Of a stretch of 41,364 nucleotides of DNA, positions 1 to 8,797 are shown one piece after another. The translations under genes were made by a program, and so were the position numbers. The notes under the pieces were generated by a model, which saw only the letters and a program-made list of their open reading frames with translations, was not told where the DNA came from and searched no databases. Positions within the stretch are counted from its first letter, which is position 1. Every line of letters starts with the position of its first letter. Source of the DNA: a virus (lineage: Duplodnaviria > Caudoviricetes); IMG/VR virus record IMGVR_UViG_3300047288_000084, positions 1-41,364 of that record; one strand, given 5' to 3'.

Positions 1-1308
1 AATTTCTGTGCCCTCAATGTCACGCTGTCGACCGGCACGTATAGCGTAGATTGGGGTGACGGCACGTCGTCGACCGGCGTCGCCTCTGGGGCGAGCGCGC
101 AGCATCAATATACCTACGCGGACGGTGACCTATCGGCGGTAACGAGCGAAGGATTCAAAGTTGCAATTATCACCGTTACCACGAGCGGTGGCAACATCAC
201 GAATTTTAACCTGAGCACCAAGCATACGCAATCCGGGCTTGGTAGCTATTCCCAGCCGTGGCTTGATGCCAGGATCAACGCGCCGTCAGCGACTGCGATG
301 ACGATTCGTGGCAGCTCGCAGGAATGCCGCCTGCTGCGATACATCAATTTTACGGCAATTGGGGGACTAACTACACTGGTTAGTGCGTTTTATAATTGCT
401 CTGCCCTCCAATCAGTTTCGTTTCCTTCTGGATCATTAGCCAGCGTTACGACACTGGTTAGTGCGTTCCAGAATTGCTCTGCCCTCCAATCAGTTTCGTT
501 TCCTTCTGGATCATTAGCCAGCGTTACGGCACTGAATAATGCGTTTTATAATTGCTATTCCCTCAGATCAGTTTCCTTCCCTTCTGGATCATTAGCCAGC
601 GTTACGACACTGGCTAGTGCGTTCCAGGGTTGCTCGTCCCTCCAATCAGTTTCGTTTCCTTCTGGATCATTAGCCAGCGTTACGGCACTGAATAATGCGT
701 TTTTTATTTGCTCTGCCCTCCAATCAGTTTCGTTTCCTTCTGGATCATTAGCCAGCGTTACGACACTAGCTAGTGCGTTTTATAATTGCTATTCCCTCAG
801 ATCAGTTTCCTTCCCTTCTGGATCATTAGCCAGCGTTACGACACTGGATAATGCGTTCCAGGGTTGCTATTCCCTCAGATCAGTTTCCTTCCCTTCTGGA
901 TCATTAGCCAGCGTTACGGCACTGAATAATGCGTTCCAGAATTGCTATTCCATCGAATCAGTTTCCTTCCCTTCTGGATCATTAGCCAGCGTTACGACAT
1001 TGGCTAGTGCGTTCCAGAATTGCTATTCCCTCAGATCAGTTTCGTTTCCGTCCGGCTGGAATCCGACCGGTCTCACCACGACGACCAACGTGTTTACATC
1101 GAGCACGTCGCTGGCGAACGTCGACAACTGCGCTATTCCCGTCTCGTTCAGCGTGGCTTCGAGCAATTTAGGCCCGGATGCCCTTGATGAAATATACACG
1201 TCGCTCCCGACCGTGTCCGGCCAGACCATCACAGTTACGAGTAACTGGGGCACGGCGAGCGACGATCCGACAATTGCAACAGCTAAAGGATGGACGGTGA
1301 CATCATGA
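1..1308 (+). CDS. Tail fibre / receptor-binding protein with PKD-like segment and BspA/LRR-like 26-aa repeats (5' end outside window)
   Basis: Frame of ORF 298..1308 is open from base 1 (NFCALNVTLSTGTYSVDWGDGT..., a PKD-like DWGDG motif). Nine 26-aa repeats xTxLxxAFxxCxxLxSVSFPSGSLAS; C-terminus IATAKGWTV is typical of LRR-type phage tail proteins. Confidence 0.75.
   Translation, partial: NFCALNVTLSTGTYSVDWGDGTSSTGVASGASAQHQYTYADGDLSAVTSEGFKVAIITVTTSGGNITNFNLSTKHTQSGLGSYSQPWLDARINAPSATAMTIRGSSQECRLLRYINFTAIGGLTTLVSAFYNCSALQSVSFPSGSLASVTTLVSAFQNCSALQSVSFPSGSLASVTALNNAFYNCYSLRSVSFPSGSLASVTTLASAFQGCSSLQSVSFPSGSLASVTALNNAFFICSALQSVSFPSGSLASVTTLASAFYNCYSLRSVSFPSGSLASVTTLDNAFQGCYSLRSVSFPSGSLASVTALNNAFQNCYSIESVSFPSGSLASVTTLASAFQNCYSLRSVSFPSGWNPTGLTTTTNVFTSSTSLANVDNCAIPVSFSVASSNLGPDALDEIYTSLPTVSGQTITVTSNWGTASDDPTIATAKGWTVTS
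367..1055 (+). repeat. 78-bp in-frame tandem repeat, about 9 units
   Basis: Invariant 27-mer ccttctggatcattagccagcgttacg at 424, 502, 580, 658, 736, 814, 892 and 970 (78-bp period). Confidence 0.97.
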
Positions 1309-1727
1309 GTGGATTTTACCGCATTGGCGAAGATGGGGCTTTGCTCCACGCCCCAAACGGGTTGGCGACACCGACAGGCTCGTATGTCTCGTCCAATCAC
1401 AACGCTTACGTCTACCCAATCGATGGCGCATGGCGTTGGTTCGACGACGAAGCGGCGGCGCTGGTATTTTTCGCCGGGGCGCAAACGCCACCGCTTACAC
1501 CAGTGCAAGTGCGGATCGCTCTGCGCCAAGCCGGGATCACGTCAGCAATGGTCGATGCGGTGATCGCCGCCATTTCTGATCCGGTTGAGCGCGACATTGC
1601 CGCGACGTACTGGGAGTACGCGACGCAGATTCACCGTGACCATCCGCTGATCGCGTCGTTTGCGACGGGATTAGGGCTCACCTCCGAGCAGGTCGATACG
1701 ATGTGGCAGGCGGCGGCGATCACCTGA
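1305..1727 (+). CDS. Tail-fibre-associated/assembly protein
   Basis: ATG overlaps the tail-fibre TGA (ATGA). C-terminal pattern LTPxQxRxAL...WEYATxIxRxHPLIxxxxxxLGLTxEQVDxMWxxAA recurs in proteins following tail fibres. Confidence 0.6.
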   Translation: MSGFYRIGEDGALLHAPNGLATPTGSYVSSNHNAYVYPIDGAWRWFDDEAAALVFFAGAQTPPLTPVQVRIALRQAGITSAMVDAVIAAISDPVERDIAATYWEYATQIHRDHPLIASFATGLGLTSEQVDTMWQAAAIT

Positions 1728-1776
1728 TTCCTGCTGGTTTAGAAACACTTCAGGTGTTGCTTAAAAGGATTTTTAG

Positions 1777-1995
1777 ATGAACATCACCGTAGAAATCATC
1801 TTTACTGCCTGTCTTCTCTCCTCTCCTACTGCCTGTAAGACTGAGACGATGATATTCGATGCTCCAGTTTCTAACTACGAACAGTGTGTCCTTGTGTCGA
1901 AGTATGTCTCGCAGAAGTGGGAGCAGAAGAATCCGAAATACCGAATCATTGCTAATACTAGTAAGGGTAAGTGCTATCCGACCTGGAAGGTTTAA
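1777..1995 (+). CDS. Small Cys-containing hypothetical protein
   Basis: 72 aa ORF with AAGGA RBS, fills the gap before the portal gene. Confidence 0.6.
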   Translation: MNITVEIIFTACLLSSPTACKTETMIFDAPVSNYEQCVLVSKYVSQKWEQKNPKYRIIANTSKGKCYPTWKV

Positions 1996-2003
1996 TCTTA
2001 TAA

Positions 2004-3788
2004 ATGACTAAAACATTAGTTCTAGAAGACATCATCGAACCAGATCAGCTAGCATCTTCGATTGCCAACCAGTATATTACGTGGGAAGGTTTTCGTCGGC
2101 AGAAGACCGCTGAGTGGGAGGAGATTCAGCGGTACATCTTTGCCACTGACACTACGATGACTAGTAACGCAAAGCTCCCGTGGTCTAACAAGACTACTGT
2201 GCCGAAGCTTTGCCAGATTCGTGACAACCTTTATTCTAATTACATGGCTTCGATGTTTCCGAAGCGTAAGTGGCTAGTCTGGGAAGGTAACGAACCTGCC
2301 GATGAGGAACTAGAGAAGAAGAAGACGATTGAAGCCTACATGTCGTGGGCCTCTGACCGCAACGAATTCTACGATGAAGCATCAAAGCTTGTCCTCGACT
2401 ACATTGATTACGGAAACGTCTTCGCCACTGTCGATTGGATAGACACTCGAAACAAAGACAAGCTTCTTCCAGATGCAGGATACGTAGGACCGACTATTCG
2501 TCGTATCTCTCCTTACGACATTGTCTTCGATCCTACCGCAACTAACTTCGCGTCTGCTCCTAAGATCATTCGTTCGTTTATTTCGATTGGCGAAGTAAAA
2601 GAGATGATCGAAAGGATGACGTTGGACGATGACGAGCGAGAGTATTTGGACAAGCTCTACACTTATATGGTAGAGCATCGAAACTCTGTCTCTACGTTTG
2701 ACGGCAACGTCTCTCATAAAGATGCGATCTACGAGATCAGCGGTTTCAATTCATACCGCGACTACATTCTCTCTAACACCGTAGAAGTGTTGACATTTTA
2801 CGGAGATACATACAACGCGGAGACTGGTGCGTTCAAGCGTAACCAGGTTGTCAAGATTGTTGATAGACACAAAGTCCTTACGGAAAAAGATAACTCTTCG
2901 ATTTTTGGCTCTGCACCTATCTATCACGCAGCCTGGCGCGGACGGCCTGACAATCTATGGGGCATGGGTCCTCTCGATAATCTAGTCGGAATGCAGTATC
3001 GCATTGACCATCTAGAGAATCTTAAAGCCGACGTATTCGACATCATCGCTTATCCCCCGCTAAAGATTACAGGCTACGTCGAAGATTTCGACTGGGGGCC
3101 AATGGAGCGAATTTATGTTGGTGACTCTGGCAACGTTGATATGCTTGTTCCCGATGTTCAAGTTCTTCAAGCGAACACGGAAATAGCTATCCTAGAAGCC
3201 AAGATGGAAGAGATGGCTGGTTCTCCGAAGGAGGCTATGGGTTTCCGCACTCCTGGAGAGAAGACAAAGTACGAAGTACAGCGTCTTGAGAACGCAGCCT
3301 CTCGCATCTATCAGAATAAGATCAGCCACTTCGAACGGCAGATCATCGAGAACCTGATGAACGCTGAGCTTGAACTAGCTCGTCGTCACCTCGACAAGAT
3401 TACAATTCGCATATTCGACAATGAAGCGCGGATTACAAACTTCCAAGAAGTCTCTGCTGCTGACATCACCGGTAACGGTCGTCTTCGTCCAGTAGCTGCT
3501 CGACACTTTGCTGAGCGAGCAGAGATGATCCAAAACCTTACTAACTTCTACAACTCCGCTATCGGAGCTGATCCTGAGATCAGAGCACACTTCTCTTCGG
3601 TGAAGATTGCTCGACTTCTTCAGGACCTTCTTGAAGTTGAGGATTACGAACTCGTTGAGCCGTACATCCGTATCTCTGAGAAGGCAGACTACGCTCGTAT
3701 GTCGAATGCAGCAGACGAGCAAGTGCAGATTGAATCAATGACTCCGGCAGGAGTCGACCCGGCAGATTACGATGAAACGAACTTCTAA
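2004..3788 (+). CDS. Portal (head-tail connector) protein
   Basis: 594 aa; podoviral portal motifs (KLCQIRDNL, RRISPYDIVFDP, RPDNLWGMGPLDNLVGMQYRIDHLEN, MGFRTPGEKT); position before scaffold and capsid. Confidence 0.9.
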   Translation: MTKTLVLEDIIEPDQLASSIANQYITWEGFRRQKTAEWEEIQRYIFATDTTMTSNAKLPWSNKTTVPKLCQIRDNLYSNYMASMFPKRKWLVWEGNEPADEELEKKKTIEAYMSWASDRNEFYDEASKLVLDYIDYGNVFATVDWIDTRNKDKLLPDAGYVGPTIRRISPYDIVFDPTATNFASAPKIIRSFISIGEVKEMIERMTLDDDEREYLDKLYTYMVEHRNSVSTFDGNVSHKDAIYEISGFNSYRDYILSNTVEVLTFYGDTYNAETGAFKRNQVVKIVDRHKVLTEKDNSSIFGSAPIYHAAWRGRPDNLWGMGPLDNLVGMQYRIDHLENLKADVFDIIAYPPLKITGYVEDFDWGPMERIYVGDSGNVDMLVPDVQVLQANTEIAILEAKMEEMAGSPKEAMGFRTPGEKTKYEVQRLENAASRIYQNKISHFERQIIENLMNAELELARRHLDKITIRIFDNEARITNFQEVSAADITGNGRLRPVAARHFAERAEMIQNLTNFYNSAIGADPEIRAHFSSVKIARLLQDLLEVEDYELVEPYIRISEKADYARMSNAADEQVQIESMTPAGVDPADYDETNF

Positions 3789-3792
3789 GATC

Positions 3793-4038
3793 ATGACGGT
3801 GTGGACAGCACACCTAAAGGCAGAAGCTAAACCGTCGTTTGAATCTGCCGTAATAAACACTATGGAATCCCCTGTCTGGCATCGTCTAATCGACATTATC
3901 AAACAGGAGTTGTCTTCTCTAGAAGCTTCGACGACAAACGAAGCAGAGTACGACAACAGTTCGTGGGCCTTTAAACAAGCTCACAAAAATGGTAAGAGGG
4001 ACGCTCTTACTACAATTTTGAAACTAATGCAAAGGTGA
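3793..4038 (+). CDS. Small conserved protein between portal and scaffold
   Basis: ATG just after the portal stop; YDNSSWAFKQAHKNG motif seen at this position in related podoviruses. Confidence 0.7.
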   Translation: MTVWTAHLKAEAKPSFESAVINTMESPVWHRLIDIIKQELSSLEASTTNEAEYDNSSWAFKQAHKNGKRDALTTILKLMQR

Positions 4039-4042
4039 AAAA

Positions 4043-4810
4043 TTGAGCACACTCTTTAATCAACCGGACAACGGTGAAGGTGTAGAAGTTTTTGGCGACA
4101 ACCAGGAAATCCAATCTTACAAAGAACTTCTAGTTGGCGAAGGCAAAAAGTATCGGTCTGATGAGGACCTTGCCAAGGCCTACTACCACGCTAATAAGAC
4201 AATTAAGCTGCGTGAAAAGGAACTGGAAGAGCAGCGTAAGGAGATTAACTCGCGGGCTAACCTCGAAGCTTTGATAGACAAACTCTCTGCTTCGTCGAAC
4301 AACTCTGGCGTAAGTAATTCTGACAACACAAACAGGCAGAACGAACAGCAGATGGAATCCGCTAAGACTACCGAGCTTTCTCCCGAGAAAATCATGGAGA
4401 TCGCTCGTAACGCATTGAACCAAGAGAAGCAGAAAACTCTGCGCGAACAAAATATTGATTCGTGTGTGACGCAACTGCGATCAGCTTGGGGGGCTAACTA
4501 CGCCACAGTACTCGAAAGCAAAGCTCTTGATCTTGGCGTGACAAAGGAACAGCTAACTGAAATGGCTGCTTCTTCTCCTAAGGTGTTTCTCAGTGCAGTC
4601 CTTGGTACCGATGAGCGAAGGATTACCTCTCCCGAGTCTGTCTTGCCTCCCCGGCAGTCAGTCAACGCCACTGCTAAACAGCAGTTTGGTCCGTCGAAAG
4701 ACAAGGCTTATTTCGATAAGCTTCGTCGAGAGAACCCCTCCGTTTACTGGTCAGCCAAGGTGCAGAACGAAATCTTTAGTTTGGTAGAGCAGGGAAAGCT
4801 TTCTCTTTAA
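4043..4810 (+). CDS. Capsid scaffolding protein
   Basis: TTG start with AAGGTG RBS; LVGEGKKYxSxEDLAK motif, coiled-coil composition, directly upstream of the capsid gene. Confidence 0.8.
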   Translation: MSTLFNQPDNGEGVEVFGDNQEIQSYKELLVGEGKKYRSDEDLAKAYYHANKTIKLREKELEEQRKEINSRANLEALIDKLSASSNNSGVSNSDNTNRQNEQQMESAKTTELSPEKIMEIARNALNQEKQKTLREQNIDSCVTQLRSAWGANYATVLESKALDLGVTKEQLTEMAASSPKVFLSAVLGTDERRITSPESVLPPRQSVNATAKQQFGPSKDKAYFDKLRRENPSVYWSAKVQNEIFSLVEQGKLSL

Positions 4811-4833
4811 TCTAACAAGAGAAAGGAAACCAA

Positions 4834-5787
4834 ATGAGTGGTTTTTCTACTAACACTAACAACCATCTGATTCGCTCGAACATCTGGTCCAGCCAGCTTA
4901 AGGATGTAAACGAAGACGAGTTGATGGGACTCAAGTACGTCAACATGCTTACCGACTTCCCCGATGGCGATACGTTTAATATTCCGTCGATTGGTCAGGC
5001 TGAGGTGTACGACTACGCTGAGGGCCAGTCGATCCAGTACACTGCGATGGACACCGGCAACTATACGTTCTCGATCTCTGACTACAAGGCATCGGGCACG
5101 TACATCACGAACAAGATGAAGCAGGATTCGTTCTATATGAATCAGCTTGTGTCTTCGTTCGTTCCGAAGCAGGCTCGTGCCATCATGAAGCAGATGGAAA
5201 TCGACCTCCTGAAGGTTGGTCCGGAAGGCCAGACCTCTGCCGACACGAATACGATCAACGGCGCTTATCACCGTTGGGTTGGTTCAGGTTCGAGCGAGAC
5301 TATCTCGGTCACTGACTTCGCGAAGGCCCGTTATTCGCTTCAGAAAGCCAACGTGCCGCTGACCAATCTGGTCGCTATCGTCGACCCGTCGGTTGGTTTC
5401 ACGCTGTCGACTCTGACGAGCCTCGTCGACATGTCGGCTAACCCTCGTTGGGAAGGTATCGTCACTAGCGGTATCTCGACCGGCATGAAGTTCATCCGCA
5501 ACGTCTACGGCTTCGACGTCTACGAATCGAACAACCTGAAGGTGAACACGGCTTCGGAGACCATCGACGGCGTTACCGCTGCTGCTGGTGTCAGCAACCT
5601 GTTCTTCTCGGCTGCTAGCGACATGCTTCCGTTCGTCGGTGCTGTTCGTCAGTCTCCCACGGTTGAGTCTGAGTACAAGAAGGACCTTCAGCGCGAAGAG
5701 TATGTGACGGTTGCTCGTTACGGCTTCGGCCTGTATCGTCCCGAGAACCTTGTTGTTGTTCTCACCGACACCGATCAGGTGTTCTAA
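4834..5787 (+). CDS. Major capsid protein
   Basis: 317 aa, strong RBS (AAGGA), highly biased codons; N-terminal WSSQL...DFPDGDTFNIPSIG and C-terminal YGFGLYRPE typical of T7-like HK97-fold capsids. Confidence 0.9.
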   Translation: MSGFSTNTNNHLIRSNIWSSQLKDVNEDELMGLKYVNMLTDFPDGDTFNIPSIGQAEVYDYAEGQSIQYTAMDTGNYTFSISDYKASGTYITNKMKQDSFYMNQLVSSFVPKQARAIMKQMEIDLLKVGPEGQTSADTNTINGAYHRWVGSGSSETISVTDFAKARYSLQKANVPLTNLVAIVDPSVGFTLSTLTSLVDMSANPRWEGIVTSGISTGMKFIRNVYGFDVYESNNLKVNTASETIDGVTAAAGVSNLFFSAASDMLPFVGAVRQSPTVESEYKKDLQREEYVTVARYGFGLYRPENLVVVLTDTDQVF

Positions 5788-5813
5788 TCAACCTTAAGTA
5801 AGGAGAAAACAAT

Positions 5814-6347
5814 ATGGGTACTTGGACTAACAACGATGGCCTTTTCATCAAGTTCGGCACGGCTGAGGCTGCGCTCGCTCGTGGTGGAATGCGCTCTGAC
5901 GCTCTCGGTAATCATGTTATCGAGTTCGTCGTAGACTACACGGATGCCGCCTCGGCCTCTGCTACCATCATCGGTAACAGTGCTGGCGCTTACGGCGTCC
6001 ACATTCCGAAGAACCTCTTCATTGAAGAGATCGAATTTGTCGTCGAGACGGCGTTTACGTCGTCTGGTACGATTGGCTCGTCCACTCTCGTCCTCGGTCT
6101 CATTCGTGATGACCGCAGCACGACCTACGATGTTGACGGCCTGACGACGACTTCGTTCGTCGCTGGTGTCCTCGACGCCGCTGGTGAGAAGACGGTCCTT
6201 CGCGTTGGTGGTACCGGCGCTGGTGCTCTTATCGGCACGCAGCTCGCCAACAACGGCTACGTCGTCGCTGCTAACTCGGCTCATGCATCGCATCCGTTCA
6301 CTGCGGGTTCGGTTCGTGTCCGTGTCATCGGCCACTACGTCGACTAA
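5814..6347 (+). CDS. Probable capsid decoration / structural protein
   Basis: TAAGGAG RBS, same codon bias as the capsid gene, beta-rich, followed by a terminator. Confidence 0.65.
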   Translation: MGTWTNNDGLFIKFGTAEAALARGGMRSDALGNHVIEFVVDYTDAASASATIIGNSAGAYGVHIPKNLFIEEIEFVVETAFTSSGTIGSSTLVLGLIRDDRSTTYDVDGLTTTSFVAGVLDAAGEKTVLRVGGTGAGALIGTQLANNGYVVAANSAHASHPFTAGSVRVRVIGHYVD

Positions 6348-6357
6348 CGATGAAGTT

Positions 6358-6385
6358 GGGGGAGGACAACCCTCCCCCTTCTTCT
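6358..6385 (+). terminator. Rho-independent terminator after capsid genes
   Basis: gggggagg-acaac-cctccccc stem followed by ttcttct. Confidence 0.7.
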
Positions 6386-6414
6386 ACTTATATGATTGAA
6401 CGAGAGAGGGTAGA

Positions 6415-7176
6415 ATGGCCTATAAGCTAAATAAAGCAGGTCTCGATCTAATTAAAAAGTGGGAAGGTTATCATACTCGCCTGCCTAATGGTGATTGCAA
6501 GGCTTACCTCGATAAGCTTGTTAAGCCTGCGTACCGGTCCCCCGGATATGCAGGACTGTGGACGATTGGCTACGGCTGCACTGCTGGTGTGTACGAAGGC
6601 CTCGTCTGGACAGAGAAGCAAGCAGAGGCTGCCCTGAAGAAAGAGATTGCTACTCATGAAGCCGCGATTAACCGCCTGCTCTCAGAGAGGGGAATCAGCG
6701 TTGATGACAATCAGTTTGCTGCTCTTGTATCTCTGTCTTATAACGTCGGTTCTGGCAGCGTGGCTTCTTCCTCCATTCTGAAGCATCTTAAGGCTGGCAA
6801 TGAACAGGCTGCTGCCGACGCATTCCTTCTATATAAGAAGGCTGGTGGTCGTGTAGTTAAAGGTCTGCTTAACCGCCGTAATGACGAACGTACTCTTTTC
6901 CTTAAGCACACGCCTAAGCAGGTTATTGAGTCTTCTCGTAAGCTCACGTTACTTCAGCGTATTCGTAACTTCCTCAGTTTCTCTGGTGTCGCTGGTATCT
7001 TCTCGTGGAACTTCTGGACAGACGCTAAGTCGTTCATCAGCGATAACTCTGGCCTTATTCTCCTTGGCGTAGTTGCTGTTGCGTTCATCGCATTCAAGCT
7101 TGTCGAATGGTATTCGATTGACGACTACGAGAAGGGCAGGTATACCCCGTCAGGAGTAGCGAACGATGTGGAGTGA
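6415..7176 (+). CDS. Endolysin, GH24 lysozyme with C-terminal membrane extension
   Basis: LIKKWEG...AYLD...WTIGYG, NQFAALVSLSYNVG and GLLNRRxxE motifs; hydrophobic C-terminal segments. Confidence 0.9.
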   Translation: MAYKLNKAGLDLIKKWEGYHTRLPNGDCKAYLDKLVKPAYRSPGYAGLWTIGYGCTAGVYEGLVWTEKQAEAALKKEIATHEAAINRLLSERGISVDDNQFAALVSLSYNVGSGSVASSSILKHLKAGNEQAAADAFLLYKKAGGRVVKGLLNRRNDERTLFLKHTPKQVIESSRKLTLLQRIRNFLSFSGVAGIFSWNFWTDAKSFISDNSGLILLGVVAVAFIAFKLVEWYSIDDYEKGRYTPSGVANDVE

Positions 7177-7555
7177 CATCTTTAACGTATCATCCTTCAT
7201 CCTTAGCGGAGGATTGATTACGTGGATCGCTCTGGCTATCTTTGCTCCGAGTGTCCTAACCGTTGTATCGTCGTGGCTGACAGCCCTCGCACCTCTCGTC
7301 AAAGGAGCTGCTGAAGCTGCTGTCGCTTTCTTCAAGCTGTTTATCGACGGCATGAAGGATATGCTCGACAACTTTGCTAGCATTGTCTTTGTCTCGACTA
7401 TCGCCATCCTTTCGGCGTGGTTCTTTTCTTGCAGCCCTACTAAGACAGACTGTAAGAAGTGCGTAGATGAGCTTCGCAAAGAGTACAAATTCGTTCGTAA
7501 GCCGCAGTCCAATGTTGGGAAAGGCTTCTCTCTTCCTGATCTGAGGCTGTGGTAA
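7166..7555 (+). CDS. Membrane protein of lysis module (holin/spanin-like)
   Basis: Multiple hydrophobic helices; overlaps the endolysin stop. Confidence 0.55.
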   Translation: MWSDIFNVSSFILSGGLITWIALAIFAPSVLTVVSSWLTALAPLVKGAAEAAVAFFKLFIDGMKDMLDNFASIVFVSTIAILSAWFFSCSPTKTDCKKCVDELRKEYKFVRKPQSNVGKGFSLPDLRLW

Positions 7556-7782
7556 TGACTTGGAATATCGACATTAACACACTGTTGCAGCTTTTCTCAC
7601 TCGCTGCTGTTGTTGGCATGGGGTGGATTAGACTACAACATCTAGAGAATGATGTTCAATCTTTGAAGCTTGAGATGGCGGCTCTGCGCGAAGTACGCAC
7701 AGACACCGCTGTCATCAAGTCGAAGCTCGACATCCTCTCTGAACTCATCAAACACTTCACTACGAAGGACGCGGATACATGA
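7549..7782 (+). CDS. Small membrane protein with coiled coil (holin-like)
   Basis: One TM helix then a coiled coil; translationally coupled on both sides. Confidence 0.55.
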   Translation: MVMTWNIDINTLLQLFSLAAVVGMGWIRLQHLENDVQSLKLEMAALREVRTDTAVIKSKLDILSELIKHFTTKDADT

Positions 7783-8537
7783 GACTAACTCTACTCGAAC
7801 TTGTCCAGCAGACACTAGCTGCGCTGGATAGTGACGAAGTAACTAGCTATGATGACACTCCAGAGTCCTACCAGGTAGCTCTTCTAATCCGCCAGGCATA
7901 CTACGATCTAGCTACAGAGCTTGGTCTACCTGAGCACGAATCTCTGTTCAGACTTACAGAAACTAGTGCATCGACCCCCACGTTGATGTCTATCCCTTCT
8001 ACTGTAACTCGATTTGACTCTGTTAAATACGATAACAAGGAGACGGGAGACACGGTATCTAACCTAGTCAACTGTACTTACGTTACGTTCGACGAGTTTA
8101 TGGAGCGCCAAGCTGGTCTAAAGGACCATACCGGAGTAGAGGAGTATAGTATTACTTCGAACTCTCAGACGTTTCCAGTCCTTTGTCTTAACGACAGGTT
8201 TCCTACGTATTACACTACCTTCGACGACAACCAAATTGTCTTTGACAGCTACAACTCGGACGAAGATACGTACTTGAAATCTGCAAAGACCATGTGCTAT
8301 GGTTCAGTCTATCCTGCGTTCACCCTGTCTAATAGCTTTGCACCTAACCTAGACCCTACGCAGTTCTCCTATTTCGTCAACAAGGTAAAGACCAGGGCCT
8401 TTATCGAGTTGAAGCAGCAAGTAAACCAGGAAGCAATCAGCGAAACTGGTAAACAGAAGATCGTCGTTCAGAAAAGACAGCGTAAGGTTACTCGTGAGCC
8501 TGAAGTCTTTCGCGTCGCACGTTATGGAAGGAAGTAA
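7779..8537 (+). CDS. Tail tubular protein A (adaptor)
   Basis: N-terminal TLLELVQxxLxxLDSDEVxS typical of gp11-like proteins; position. Confidence 0.8.
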   Translation: MRLTLLELVQQTLAALDSDEVTSYDDTPESYQVALLIRQAYYDLATELGLPEHESLFRLTETSASTPTLMSIPSTVTRFDSVKYDNKETGDTVSNLVNCTYVTFDEFMERQAGLKDHTGVEEYSITSNSQTFPVLCLNDRFPTYYTTFDDNQIVFDSYNSDEDTYLKSAKTMCYGSVYPAFTLSNSFAPNLDPTQFSYFVNKVKTRAFIELKQQVNQEAISETGKQKIVVQKRQRKVTREPEVFRVARYGRK

Positions 8538-8543
8538 GAATAG

Positions 8544-8795
8544 ATGTTTAATCAGGACTATATCGAAGAGCTTGACCGTGCTCGCTCTCGGGTGCGTAAG
8601 ATTACTGTAAAGAGCCGTAGCTATACGCTAAAGGCTGATCCTCAGTACGGTCTCGTCACAATCTCTGTCGACAACGGTGCCAAACTTCCTTCAGAGCTGA
8701 TTGGTTCGTTCAGCTCGTTCTTCGAAGCAGAGCGTGCTATCAATATCCACGCTAATCGTCGTCCTAAAGAAGCCGCAGTAGAGAAGAAGGCCTAA
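8544..8795 (+). CDS. Hypothetical protein
   Basis: 83 aa ORF tightly packed between tail genes. Confidence 0.7.
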   Translation: MFNQDYIEELDRARSRVRKITVKSRSYTLKADPQYGLVTISVDNGAKLPSELIGSFSSFFEAERAINIHANRRPKEAAVEKKA

Positions 8796-8797
8796 CA

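Noticed and set aside
367-1055. 78-bp repeats as a CRISPR array or DGR variable region
   Set aside because: The repeats are in-frame coding units with homologous 'spacers'. No cas operon, reverse transcriptase or template repeat is visible in the window.
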